From: Candidatus Helarchaeota archaeon
GTDB lineage: Archaea; Asgardarchaeota; Lokiarchaeia; Helarchaeales; RDOG01
Direction of reading: 5' to 3'
Assembly: GCA_019058315.1 (NCBI GenBank)
Contig: JAHPZH010000004.1
Span: 192,001-256,000 of the forward strand
Length of the DNA: 64,000 nt
The notes beneath the pieces are model-generated. The model was not told the DNA's origin. It ran no database searches and saw nothing but the letters and a program-made list of their open reading frames with translations. This document shows, one piece after another, positions 19,183 to 30,100 of this stretch. Each line of letters opens with the position of its first letter. Position 1 is the stretch's first letter. The position numbers and the translations under genes are program-made.

Positions 19183-19437
19183 ATGGTTGAATATAGATTC
19201 AGATTAACCGGTGTACCGCCAGATCAGGCCGTTAAAACCGTAGATATAGATGTTAATCAAAATGTCGCAGAAGCGAAAAAAGCAGTAAGAAAAGCATATA
19301 AACTAAATCCCATTTTAACAATTCAATTCATTCATAAAGGTAAAGTTTTACCTGATAATGTCAGATTTGCAAGCTTGGGGATTTTTCCTAAAAAAGATGT
19401 AATTACAGTAATGGCAACCCAGGCTGGCGGTTTATAA
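19183..19437 (+). CDS. Eukaryote-type ubiquitin-like protein (precursor ending GG-L)
   Basis: Beta-grasp pattern V.E.K..V...IQFIHKGKVLPD...F.SLGI...VITVM, ending QAGGL; SD AAGTGA. Confidence 0.88.
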   Translation: MVEYRFRLTGVPPDQAVKTVDIDVNQNVAEAKKAVRKAYKLNPILTIQFIHKGKVLPDNVRFASLGIFPKKDVITVMATQAGGL

Positions 19438-19568
19438 AACCACTTTTTTTATTTCTTTTTTACTTTTCAACTTTTTTAAGTCTAATTTTATATATTTGAA
19501 ATTGAAATTAATTTATACATTTTATTATTTTTTTGACTTTCCTAAATTAAATTGAGCCGTGTATAGAA

Positions 19569-20147
19569 TTGAAGGAATTTGCAGAACTTCGAGAGCTTAT
19601 AAGTGATAAAATAGATGAATTACGGAATAAAATAAAAGAAATGCAAAATGAATTGAACAGCTATACCAATATATTAATAAAAATTGACTCTATACTCGAA
19701 AAAGAAAGTTTTAAAACAGCAGCTGAAATATATGACGCCGAACCTAAAGAATCAAAAATAGAAACTAAACCTGCGAAATCTAGCGAAGCTATTATTGAAA
19801 AAGAGTTTGAAATCCAATCATCAGAAGAGCAACTTTTAGGAAAAATGATGGTAAAAAAAGATTCAATTATTATTACTCCGACTAATAATATCAAAGTACC
19901 TGAAAATGCTCCTCCTTTTAAAACATTCTTTTTGGGTAGAATATTAAAACAAATGGAAGATGAAGATCAAGAAGCCATTAAAAATGGTAAAATTGATAAA
20001 GATAAAGCAATATCATATGAAATTACTAAATCTAAAGAAAATTTTATAGAAAAGATTACTATAAAAAATTATCGTTCGTATAATAGAAGTATTAAAATAT
20101 TAGATACTATTAGCTGGACTTTTAGAACTATTTTAAAGCCAAAATGA
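19569..20147 (+). CDS. Conserved archaeal hypothetical protein with N-terminal coiled coil
   Basis: Coiled coil then APPFKTFFLGRIL...IKNYR...WT, a pattern I recall from TACK/Asgard hypotheticals (not verified). Confidence 0.7.
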   Translation: MKEFAELRELISDKIDELRNKIKEMQNELNSYTNILIKIDSILEKESFKTAAEIYDAEPKESKIETKPAKSSEAIIEKEFEIQSSEEQLLGKMMVKKDSIIITPTNNIKVPENAPPFKTFFLGRILKQMEDEDQEAIKNGKIDKDKAISYEITKSKENFIEKITIKNYRSYNRSIKILDTISWTFRTILKPK

Positions 20148-20368
20148 CCACTAATTAATAACTCCTAATCACTTCAAACAATTTCAAATTTGTGTGTAGT
20201 TGATAAATTAAAGTCGACATTATCTTAGAAGCTAAATGATATCTCATTTAATAAAATATAGAAAAAAATATACCAAAAAAGGGGCGAAATTTTCAAAAAT
20301 TTTAGGCATCAAAATGATTTAAGCCATTCTATGAATTCTCTAATTAATAATTTAGAAGAGTAAATGAA

Positions 20369-20872
20369 ATGGATAAAGGAAAAAAAATAACGAGCTTATC
20401 AATAGAAGATTTGGCTAAGTCTCAAATATTAAATTCCGAATATGGAATGTTTAAAAATCTTGAGCAGAAAATAAAAAGTTTAGAATTGAAAATCACCGAT
20501 TTAAATGCAAGACAATCAAGACTTGAGAGTAAATTAAATCAATTTGATGACATAACTAAAAGAATTGAAAATCAACTGATCAAATTGAATGAATATTCTA
20601 ATGAAGCTAAACCTAATTCTGATATTGAACAAGAACAACATTTCGATCCGGAATTTCTTAAAGCTTCAGATTTAATCCAAATTAATAAAAATAATAATCC
20701 TGAAGAATCAGTCATTCAATCAAAAATTAAAATATGTAATCAGTTGTTAAATTATTTGCAAAAACAATTTGAGTCGAAATCCATTACAGATAAAGAATAT
20801 GAAGTAAATAAACAGAAAATAAAATTAAAAATTAAGCAATTAGAACAAAAAATTAACAAAAATAAGGATTAA
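20369..20872 (+). CDS. Coiled-coil hypothetical protein
   Basis: Heptad-rich, with a SHOCT-like ITDKEYEVNKQKI C-terminus. Confidence 0.6.
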   Translation: MDKGKKITSLSIEDLAKSQILNSEYGMFKNLEQKIKSLELKITDLNARQSRLESKLNQFDDITKRIENQLIKLNEYSNEAKPNSDIEQEQHFDPEFLKASDLIQINKNNNPEESVIQSKIKICNQLLNYLQKQFESKSITDKEYEVNKQKIKLKIKQLEQKINKNKD

Positions 20873-20903
20873 TAAAATAAAAAAATAGAAAAAAAATAAT
20901 TTT

Positions 20904-23900
20904 TTATTCTGTTTCTTTCTTTTCCTTTGCTTTTCTACTTAATTCCGATCCAAAACCCTTTACTGCTTGGATGAATCCTGATATTAAAGTTGGATCTAAA
21001 CCTTTTTCTACTTCGTAATTAAAGATATCTATTCCCGTTCCTTTATGTATTACCAAAATATGTCGAATATTTGCAACGTCTGCAACTGAAGAAATAGTCT
21101 TTTTCTTCTCAGCTTCTATTTTTACTTTTCTCCTTCTAGCTCCTACTCCCGCGACAATAGCAATTGCTGCAACACCTACTGCCCCTATAACAATAAATAA
21201 GATAATTGGATCAAGTCCTTTTGGACCTAAAAGTGCACCAAGTAAAGCTGCCATTAAGTTTTCTCCTGGAGAAGGAAGGACTACAACAGTGAACTTTCTT
21301 ATAGACGAACTGGTTAATCCAGCAGCATCGGTAACATTGACTTCAATTGTAACATTTCCAGCTGGAATTTGTGTATTGCTGCGAAATTCGTATATTCCTG
21401 AAGGTGAACCAACTGGATTTAAAAAGATTGTAAAACGAGAATCATTTATCATGACCGATTGAATATTTGAACCTGTTCCATCTACAGTACCATTAATTTT
21501 TATAATAACTTCTTCAGTTTGGTCTCCATCTGAAGCAGGGAAAGTAATCGAGATGGTTGGATTAGTATTATCGATATCAGAAAATCTAGTAGTTGATGTT
21601 GTCAATGCCGCTGAATCAGTCACATTTACTAATACTGAAATATTTCCATCTGGGATGAATGTGTTATTTCTGAATTCATATGCACCAGAAGGAGTGCCTG
21701 ATGGATTAGTGAAAATAGTAAATCTGGAATCATTTATCATGACTGATATTATGTTTGAACCAGTTCCATCCGCATTTCCGCTAATAGAAATAATCACTCC
21801 AGTATCAATATCTCCATTGGAAGCAGGATCTGTAATCGAAATTGTGGGGTTTGTATTATCAATGTCAAACCATCTTGTAGCTGAGGTAGTTAACAGTGGC
21901 ACATTTGTAACATTAACACGGATTCCAAGGTTTCCATCTGGGATAAATGTATTATTTCTGAATTCATATGCTCCGGAAGGCGATCCAGTAGGATCAGTAA
22001 AAATGGTAAATCGAGAATCATTTATGGTAACTGATATTATATTTGAACCAGTTCCATCCACATTTCCACTAATTGATATAATCGCTCCAGTATCAATATC
22101 TCCATTGGAAGCAGGATCTGTAATCGAGATTGAAGGATATGTATTATCAACATCGCACCATCGAGTAGTTGAAGTTGTAAGACTTGCAGAATCTGTAACA
22201 TTAACAAGGATTCCAAGATTTCCATCTGGGATGAACGTATTATTTCGGAATTCATAAGCTCCAGAAGGTGATCCAGAAGGATCGGTGAAGATAGTAAATC
22301 GGGAATCATTAATATTGACTGATGTTATGTTTGAACCAGTTCCATCCGCATTTCCGCTAATTGATATAATCGCTCCCGAATCAATTTCTCCATCAGAAGC
22401 AGGATCTGTAATTGAGATTGAAGGATATGTATTATCAACATCGCACCATCGAGTAGTTGAAGTTGTAAGACCTGCAGAATCTGTAACATTAACAAGGATT
22501 CCAAGATTTCCGTCTGGGATGAAGGTATTATTACGAAATTCATAAGCTCCAGAAGGAGTACCTGATGGATCAGTAAATATAGAAAATCTTGAATCATTTA
22601 TCATGACAGAGGCAATATAAGAACCTGTGCCATCCGCATTACCACTTATAGATATAATTGCACCAGTGTCTATATCTCCATCAGATGAAGGATCAGTTAT
22701 TGAAATAGTTGGGTATACATTATCTATATTGAACCATCTAGTTGCCAATGAGGTCCTACCAGCAAAATCTGTCACATTAACTTCAATCGAAATTAATCCA
22801 TTTGGGATAAATGTGTTATTATTGAATGCATAAATCCCACTAGGTGTATAAGAAGGATCAATTGAAATAGTAAACCTTGAATCGTTGATCATTACAGAAT
22901 ATATATCTGTGCCAGTTCCATCAACAGTACCATTTATCCAAATAATATTACTTGTGATATTTGCATTATTTACCGTAGGATAACTTATAGAAATTGTCGG
23001 ATCTAGTGGATCTAATATTATCCAACGCCAATTTGATCCATTATTTCCAGCATAATCTTCAGCAACTATTGTAATATTATTCCAACCTTGTAGTAAACCG
23101 ATAAGCTGATTAGTGGATGTCCCCACATATTGACTTGAACCATTTCTAAATACTTGATATATTCTAATACCACTTTCTAGATCAAAACTACTTGTCCAAT
23201 TAACTGGAACTGGTGTAACACTGCTATTTAATTTATTAACCGGAATATCAATAATAACAGAGGGATTAATGACATCTTGAGTTAAATTCCAATAAATTGT
23301 AAACATTTGAGTTAAATAACCTTGTTTAGAAGCAGTTATGTTTATTTCAAATGTATTATTCAAAGTATAATCGGTATAATTAAGTTGTATATTATAAGTC
23401 TGATCGATTCCATTCCAGTATAAATTACCTTCTTGTCCTGTTTCATTTGTTGTATAATTAACATTGGAATTTGATAAGTTAGCCCCTGTATCCCAATTGA
23501 AATAATTTACTTGTATTGTTAAATTAAACGGATCATAATTGCTCGTAATAACATTTACTGGTAGAATTCGATTTAAACTTGTATTATAAACAAGATCAAA
23601 CGTTCTACTCTGCGTTGCATTATTAAACCAATCTTTCGAACCATTTACCACAATTTGATAGGTCCCATTGACAAAATTATCGGATGATATAGTATAATTG
23701 TAATATCCTGGAGTGGCACTACTTTGTAAGGTATCTTCAAGCACTAGTGTATGACCAGCACTTTCATTATATATATGAAATGTAAGATTCGCACCTGTTA
23801 TAGGGGCGTTTGCATGTGTATCATTGAAATAAGCAGTCAAATTAATATCTTGACCGATAAGTTGAATACCAGTTATTTCGTTCTCATTAATTAATGCAAT

Positions 23901-25598
23901 CTCTGTATCATTAATTACAAGAATATACGTCTGGTTAATTCCTGCAAATGTATTATTACTCCAAACTATTTGAACTGTATAATTCCCAGTGGTAGCATCG
24001 GTTGGAACAGTTAAATTAAAAAACACAAAACTTCCAAGAGATGCACTACTAACAGAAGTCCAAGCAGCGGTTAAATCATCATTTGTGGTATTATATATTG
24101 TTAAATTAACTATACCATCTGTAAACCCATTGACTGTAGCATTTACTTGAATTGCATCCCCATGCACAAATGCTTGAGGGTGATAAACAGTAACTATAGT
24201 GGACTGGTTTAATGCCAGATTTATATCACGAGGAGGGTTCTGAAACGTGAAATGCCAATTTCCATCAGTTAAAATATCATCGGTATTATTGGAAAGGTAA
24301 ATCCATTTATTATTTTGTACTATTCCGTTTGTTACATTTAGCCCAGAAGAATTTAAGGCTAAATTCATGGTCCAATTTGAATTTGGTTTATAAATTGTCA
24401 CTGTATAATTTGTTAATGATTCTCCGTAGGCTGGAATTGGATTAGATACAGTAAAATTCGTTATCCAGTTAACCAATTGTCCATTATGGGTTATATTATA
24501 TATTACATTGTCGGTTAATGTCTCGTTAAAATTTTTCGAGGTCCAAGTCAAGTTACAAGAATAACTAGCATTTGTAGATATTATAACTGATTTATTTTCT
24601 CCGTCATTATCTGCAAAATTAAAATTAGAGACGGTGCTATTAACATCATAAACGGTGCTATCAATTGTCATATTCATATCAATTTCTTCTGGATTCATAT
24701 TAGTTAATGTGTTATTCGAAGAATCGATATAAACCGTTCTCAGTTTTAATGATAAATCTTGGGTATTAACTTGACTCCACACTCCGACATATTGATATAT
24801 ATATCCCTCATCAACATTATCTCCACCATTAAAAGTGGTATCCCAATTATATATCCAATGAACACCAGTGGTCCCTGGGATGCTATCTACTAAATTTGTA
24901 GCGTTAATCACAAAATAATAATAACCCGCAGTTAAATTGACGTTTATATTATTGAAAACATTCCAAGTGGTAGATCCAAATGTAGTAACTCTTGTATCGC
25001 TCCAGATCGATGTATTTGGTGCTAGACCAACTCCAGTTGCGTTCCAGATCTCAATGTCATAATTACCTGCAAAGAGAATCAAATAACCATAGATACTGAT
25101 ATCGGTTATTCTAGAATCTCTTGAAAGATTAAAAGACATTGCATAAGGAGATGAAGAACTGCTAAGAATATATTTTAAAGCACTATGATTCTCTTCAATA
25201 TCAATCCAAGTAGGTTCTGCAGAAATATTTTGTATATTAATTTCATAAGATGTACGATTATAATCTGAGGGAGTAGTAATATCTATATCACGTTCGTTAG
25301 CACTTACACCTAATTCATCATTTGTCTGATTTCTTAAGTTTTGTACAAGCCAATTAAGATTTGTTTTATTAGATTCGACGGTCTGATTAACTTTCAAAGG
25401 ACTCCTTGTACCATTTGCTTGATCCTTTGAAATTTCATCAAAAACATCCGTGTTAATATCTGGATTTTGATTATTAGCGTTTTGTTTACATAAAGGTGGT
25501 AAAATGTCAAGATTATTACTTTGAACAATTCCATGAATTGCAAGAAATGGCGAGACCATCATCAACATTAATACAAAAAAGATAGCTTTATTTCGCAT
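20904..25598 (-). CDS. Single-pass cell-surface glycoprotein (1564 aa): signal peptide, head region, about 6 Ig-like 96-aa repeats, TM, cytoplasmic half-longin tail
   Basis: N-terminal hydrophobic signal; many NxS/T sequons; TM IILFIVIGAVGVAAIAIVAGVGA followed by RRRK; tail IRHILVIHKGTGIDIF...LDPTLISGFIQAVKGFGSEL then stop. Confidence 0.9.
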   Translation of the reverse strand: MRNKAIFFVLMLMMVSPFLAIHGIVQSNNLDILPPLCKQNANNQNPDINTDVFDEISKDQANGTRSPLKVNQTVESNKTNLNWLVQNLRNQTNDELGVSANERDIDITTPSDYNRTSYEINIQNISAEPTWIDIEENHSALKYILSSSSSPYAMSFNLSRDSRITDISIYGYLILFAGNYDIEIWNATGVGLAPNTSIWSDTRVTTFGSTTWNVFNNINVNLTAGYYYFVINATNLVDSIPGTTGVHWIYNWDTTFNGGDNVDEGYIYQYVGVWSQVNTQDLSLKLRTVYIDSSNNTLTNMNPEEIDMNMTIDSTVYDVNSTVSNFNFADNDGENKSVIISTNASYSCNLTWTSKNFNETLTDNVIYNITHNGQLVNWITNFTVSNPIPAYGESLTNYTVTIYKPNSNWTMNLALNSSGLNVTNGIVQNNKWIYLSNNTDDILTDGNWHFTFQNPPRDINLALNQSTIVTVYHPQAFVHGDAIQVNATVNGFTDGIVNLTIYNTTNDDLTAAWTSVSSASLGSFVFFNLTVPTDATTGNYTVQIVWSNNTFAGINQTYILVINDTEIALINENEITGIQLIGQDINLTAYFNDTHANAPITGANLTFHIYNESAGHTLVLEDTLQSSATPGYYNYTISSDNFVNGTYQIVVNGSKDWFNNATQSRTFDLVYNTSLNRILPVNVITSNYDPFNLTIQVNYFNWDTGANLSNSNVNYTTNETGQEGNLYWNGIDQTYNIQLNYTDYTLNNTFEINITASKQGYLTQMFTIYWNLTQDVINPSVIIDIPVNKLNSSVTPVPVNWTSSFDLESGIRIYQVFRNGSSQYVGTSTNQLIGLLQGWNNITIVAEDYAGNNGSNWRWIILDPLDPTISISYPTVNNANITSNIIWINGTVDGTGTDIYSVMINDSRFTISIDPSYTPSGIYAFNNNTFIPNGLISIEVNVTDFAGRTSLATRWFNIDNVYPTISITDPSSDGDIDTGAIISISGNADGTGSYIASVMINDSRFSIFTDPSGTPSGAYEFRNNTFIPDGNLGILVNVTDSAGLTTSTTRWCDVDNTYPSISITDPASDGEIDSGAIISISGNADGTGSNITSVNINDSRFTIFTDPSGSPSGAYEFRNNTFIPDGNLGILVNVTDSASLTTSTTRWCDVDNTYPSISITDPASNGDIDTGAIISISGNVDGTGSNIISVTINDSRFTIFTDPTGSPSGAYEFRNNTFIPDGNLGIRVNVTNVPLLTTSATRWFDIDNTNPTISITDPASNGDIDTGVIISISGNADGTGSNIISVMINDSRFTIFTNPSGTPSGAYEFRNNTFIPDGNISVLVNVTDSAALTTSTTRFSDIDNTNPTISITFPASDGDQTEEVIIKINGTVDGTGSNIQSVMINDSRFTIFLNPVGSPSGIYEFRSNTQIPAGNVTIEVNVTDAAGLTSSSIRKFTVVVLPSPGENLMAALLGALLGPKGLDPIILFIVIGAVGVAAIAIVAGVGARRRKVKIEAEKKKTISSVADVANIRHILVIHKGTGIDIFNYEVEKGLDPTLISGFIQAVKGFGSELSRKAKEKKETE
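21285..23010 (-). repeat. About 6 tandem 288-bp (96-aa) Ig-like coding repeats
   Basis: Unit DNTxPTISITDPASxGDIDTG.IISISGNADGTGSNI.SV.INDSRFTIFTDPSG.PSGAYEFRNNTFIPDGN..I.VNVTDSAGLTTSTTRW. Confidence 0.92.
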
Positions 25599-25947
25599 TA
25601 TTATTCCGACCTTTTTTAACTAATATAATTATTCCTTTTGCCTTTTTTAACAGATATTTGAAATTCTCATCATTTAAGTCAATAAAATCTCTAATTTCTG
25701 AAGATATTTTAATTCTCCCAATATTATCAACAGTACCAAACACTGATACGTGTTTACCTGGAAGTTCCATAGGTTTTTTTAAGTCTGATTCTTTACGAAA
25801 TTCAATGAAATTCTTTCCGATTTGATATAACTCTTGTAAAAGTGTATCTTTACTAATACCGAGTTCTTCCCGCCATTTTTTTGGCAAGACGATTCGATAT
25901 TTGTCAATTTTTACTTCTTTTTGCTCTAGCTCTTCTGTTGACATCAA
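25588..25947 (-). CDS. Double AbrB/SpoVT-domain (MraZ-like) DNA-binding protein
   Basis: Two units, KIDKYRIVLPKKWREELGI and TVDNIGRIKISSEIRDFIDL. Its end overlaps the start of the 1564-aa gene by 11 nt. Confidence 0.75.
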   Translation of the reverse strand: MMSTEELEQKEVKIDKYRIVLPKKWREELGISKDTLLQELYQIGKNFIEFRKESDLKKPMELPGKHVSVFGTVDNIGRIKISSEIRDFIDLNDENFKYLLKKAKGIIILVKKGRNNNAK

Positions 25948-26214
25948 GAATATCTCCGATTTGTAATTGACTGAAATATACCTTAAATTAAGATGTATAT
26001 ATATTTTCCCTAAAATAGGAAAAAAATTTTTTTGAGATCAATTTTATGAATTTAAAAAAATTCAATGCTATTTTTATTTATGATTGGAAATTATTTTAAG
26101 AGTAGAATAAAAAAAAGAAAGTTTTATGTTTATTTACTTAATATTAAATTGCCGTAAAAAGTTTATTTTTTTATTTTTAGCTAAAAAGTCAACACCGTCT
26201 TTTTTAGTAGGTTG

Positions 26215-27060
26215 TTATGTCGTTATTTTATATTGGTCTAATTTTGATTTCGGTATTTTTAAAATTTCAAACAGTGGACCTAATTTTTTTATATTTCCTT
26301 CATATCTTTTTGTTTTTTTACCTTTAATTTCGATAATTAAATCTAATTCTTTTAATTTTGTGATAATATCATTAAACATTTTTGCGCTTAGGGCTGGGGC
26401 TTTTGTTGATAATGTAATTAATTCGCTTTTAGGATTCAATAAGATTAACTCTAGAACTGCAAAAATATCTTGATTTTTTAAAAATATAATAGATTCATGA
26501 TATTCAGGATTAATTTTAGATGCAAAATACCAAATTTTTAGATTAACTTTACTTTTTTTGATGTAATCGAAGTCTTCTAACATTTTCAAGTGATAAGCAG
26601 CTTGTTGAGGAGTTATATTTAATTGGTTTTGAATTTCTTTTAAAGTAGTTCCCGGAAAATTTGAAATGTAAACAGCAATTTTTTTTCTTTTATCGCTCTC
26701 AAGAATATTATCATCTGTAATTATAGTTTTTTTTGCTATGTAATTTTTCGTAATTAATTGATAAATAGCTTGACTAATTTCATATGCATTAAGTTTTAAT
26801 TTATTAACTGACAACCAATACAATTCTTGAATGTTTATAGAACCTTTTTTCATTAATTTTTCTGCGAATTTTAATATTGATGCTTCAGTGGATGAAATTT
26901 TTTCTTTATTCTTATCAAATTTCTCTTTTTTCTCCTCTTTGGTTTCAACTTTCTTATCCTTTTTTATTTCTTCTTTCTTATCTTCTTTTTTCTTTTTATC
27001 TTCTGGTATTGAGGGTTTTTGAAAAGGTATATATCTTGGAGCTCTTCTAGGTCGTTCCAT
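26215..27060 (-). CDS. Multi winged-helix (ArsR/MarR-like) protein with R/P-rich leader and K/E/D linker
   Basis: LESDKRKKIAVYISNFPG...EIQNQL...YHLKMLEDFDYI HTH, plus flanking wHTH-like units; leader MERPRRAPRYIPFQKPSIPEDKKK; SD GTGA. Confidence 0.8.
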   Translation of the reverse strand: MERPRRAPRYIPFQKPSIPEDKKKKEDKKEEIKKDKKVETKEEKKEKFDKNKEKISSTEASILKFAEKLMKKGSINIQELYWLSVNKLKLNAYEISQAIYQLITKNYIAKKTIITDDNILESDKRKKIAVYISNFPGTTLKEIQNQLNITPQQAAYHLKMLEDFDYIKKSKVNLKIWYFASKINPEYHESIIFLKNQDIFAVLELILLNPKSELITLSTKAPALSAKMFNDIITKLKELDLIIEIKGKKTKRYEGNIKKLGPLFEILKIPKSKLDQYKITT

Positions 27061-27118
27061 TTTTTTTCATCACTAATTTTTTTTATTTTTAAATTTTTAA
27101 GTAATTTTTTATAATAAT

Positions 27119-30100
27119 TTAAAAATTATCGTCAATTTTTTCTAAAGTGTCTAAAATTTCTTTTCTTTTCTTAGGATCTAGACCGGCTAATTCCTCTAAT
27201 ATGTCTAGCTTTTCGGATTCGTTAGGAATGTCTAGGTTCATGATTCGAATTATTTCCTCCTTGGATAACATTGTAAATTCTTGTTTGAAAAAGTCCTTAA
27301 GAACTTCATCTTCAACATCGTGTATGGGTACAACTGTTCTTCCAACATCCGGTGTTCTTTTTACAACCTTTTTGGGTTTTCTTCTAGCTATTCCTAAAAT
27401 TATTGCAAATAAACCAACGGCTATTGATGCAAAGACAATTAAGATTAAAATTAAATTATCTCCTGCCCCTACTAGTGGTGGTAGAAAAAGTATACCTTCT
27501 GCTGCTGTAATTGGTGCTATAGCATAATATGAAAGATTTGTGGTAAACCATTCTAAGTAATTTCCAGTAGTATTTAATGTGGCATTTAATTCTATCCACT
27601 TTGTGATATTAAAATAGAATATCCTTAAATCAGTCTCACTAATATTAAGAGCTGATTCGTTATAGTATAATTTCATAGTTGCATTTAATAGTGCTGTTGG
27701 ATTCTGTAAAGTAAATCCAAAAATACCTAAAAAGTCTGGAAGAGAAGTTCCAGTTGGATTACTAGTATAATAACTCATATTTATATTGGTATCAATTGAG
27801 ACAAAAATTCGAAGTTCGCATACTATATTACCTTTAGAGTCTGTTAAGTATACTATATTTTCTTGACCTGCAATAAGTCCTTGTGGAGTGTTATTTGAAT
27901 TCTGTAGAACTGTAAATGTTATTGTCAAATTTTTTCTTAATCCTACTGAATCATTTACTGATATTCTTAATGCAATTAAACCATTTGGAAGATAGCTTGA
28001 GTTGATAAATCTAAAATTACCCCAATTATTTCCACTTGGATCTACAGATAATGTAAAATTGGTATTATTAATAGTGACCGTACTAATTAAGCTTCCCGTT
28101 CCATTTACAAATCCTTCAATTTGATAATTATTTCCTACTTGAATTGTATCATTAAACATTGGGGTAGTTATTTGTATTGTAGGATTGATATTGTCAATAT
28201 AGAACCATCGAGTAGTTAAAGTATTCAATCCCGTAGAATCAGTAACATTTACTAAAATTGAAATAATACCGTCTACGATTATAGTGTTATTTCTAAATTC
28301 ATAAGCACCAGAAGGTGTTCCAGAAGGATCCGTGAAGATTGTGAATCTTGAATCATTAATTAGAACTGATGTAATATTAGACCCAGTACCGTCTACATTA
28401 CCACTAACTGATATTATATTCCCCGTATCAAAATCTCCATTTGAAGCTGGATCTGTAATTATTACAGTTGGGGCAGTATTGTCAATATAAAACCAACGGT
28501 TATTTGTTGTAGTTAAGCCAATAGAATCGGTTACATTAACTAGGACTGATATTAAGCCATCTGTAACAAATGTATTATTTCTAAATTCAAAAACTCCTGA
28601 AATAGAACCTGCGGGGTTGATAAAAAGAGTAAATCTTGAATCGTTAATCATTACTGATATAATATTTGATGCTGTTCCATTTGCAAAGCCAGTAATTGTA
28701 ATTGTATTTCCAGAATCTATTTGACCGTTTGAAATTGGATCTGTAATCGAAATATTTGGTGGAGAATTATCAACTCTAAACCATCTTGTAGTTGAGATTG
28801 TCAAGTTTGCACTATCTGTAATATTGACTTCGATTGAGATTACACCGTCTGAGACATATGAATTATTTGTGAATGTGTAGAAACCAGAAGGGCTTCCCGT
28901 TGGATCGCCTACAAGATTAAATCTAGAATCGTTTATCATAACAGATTGAATATTAGAACCCGTCCCATCTACCCAACCACTTACTAATATAGTGTTACCA
29001 GTAACTACGAGCCCATTTGCAGCTGGATTAATTATTGAAATAGTAGGTAGAGTATTATCAATAATAAACCATCTAACCATGCTATCTATAAGCCCTCCGG
29101 TATTATTAAGGGTCACATTAACTGCTATTATGCCATCCGGGATAAAGCTGTTATTTTCAAAGCCATAATTACCAAATCCAGTTCCAGAAGGGTCGATGGT
29201 AAGAATAAAACGGCTATCATTGATCCAAATAGTATCTATATTAACCCCACCACCATCAGCAGTACCGTTTATTGTTATATTGGTACCTGTGTCAATATCA
29301 CTATTTGCGGTTGGGTGATCTATGGTTACACTTGGACCAATAATATACGTAAACCACCAGATTATAGAATTCGTTAAATTAGCGGAATCGGTTACATTTG
29401 CTTCGACTGATACAGTTCCTAAATTAATGAAACTATTATTAGTAAAGATATAAGGTCCTGAAGCTGTTCCTGCCGGATCTGTAGTCAATATAAACCTTGA
29501 ATCATTAATTTGAACTGAAAGGATGTTAGATCCTGTTCCATCAACTGTTCCCTCAATAGTAACAGAAGATCCACTATCCGTTGTTCCATTTGGAAAAGGG
29601 TTAGTTATGGCAATTGTCGGATTTGTATTATCGAGATTAAACCACCTTGATAATGAAGTTGTTAAACTAGCAGTATCTGTGACATTAACAGTAATTGAAA
29701 TGATGCCATCTGGAATATATGTATTGTTATTAAATGCATAGTTTCCTGAAGGAGAACCTGTCGGATCAACTACAATAGTAAATCTGGAATCATTAATCAT
29801 TAATGATAGGATGTTAGACCCGGTACCATCTGCAGTCCCATTTACCCATATGTCAACTCCTGTATCAACATCGCCATCCGAAGCAGGATCAGCAATTGAA
29901 ATCATAGGATAAGTGTTATCAATATCAAACCATCTTGTTGCAAAATCTGTTAGATTTGCACTGTCTGTTACGTTGACTTCAACTGCTATATTACCATCTG
30001 GAATATAGGAATTGTTATTAAATGCATAGCTTCCTGATGGGGAGCCTGATGGATCAATGAAGATTGTAAATCGGGAGTCATTAATCATTACGGAAAGAAT

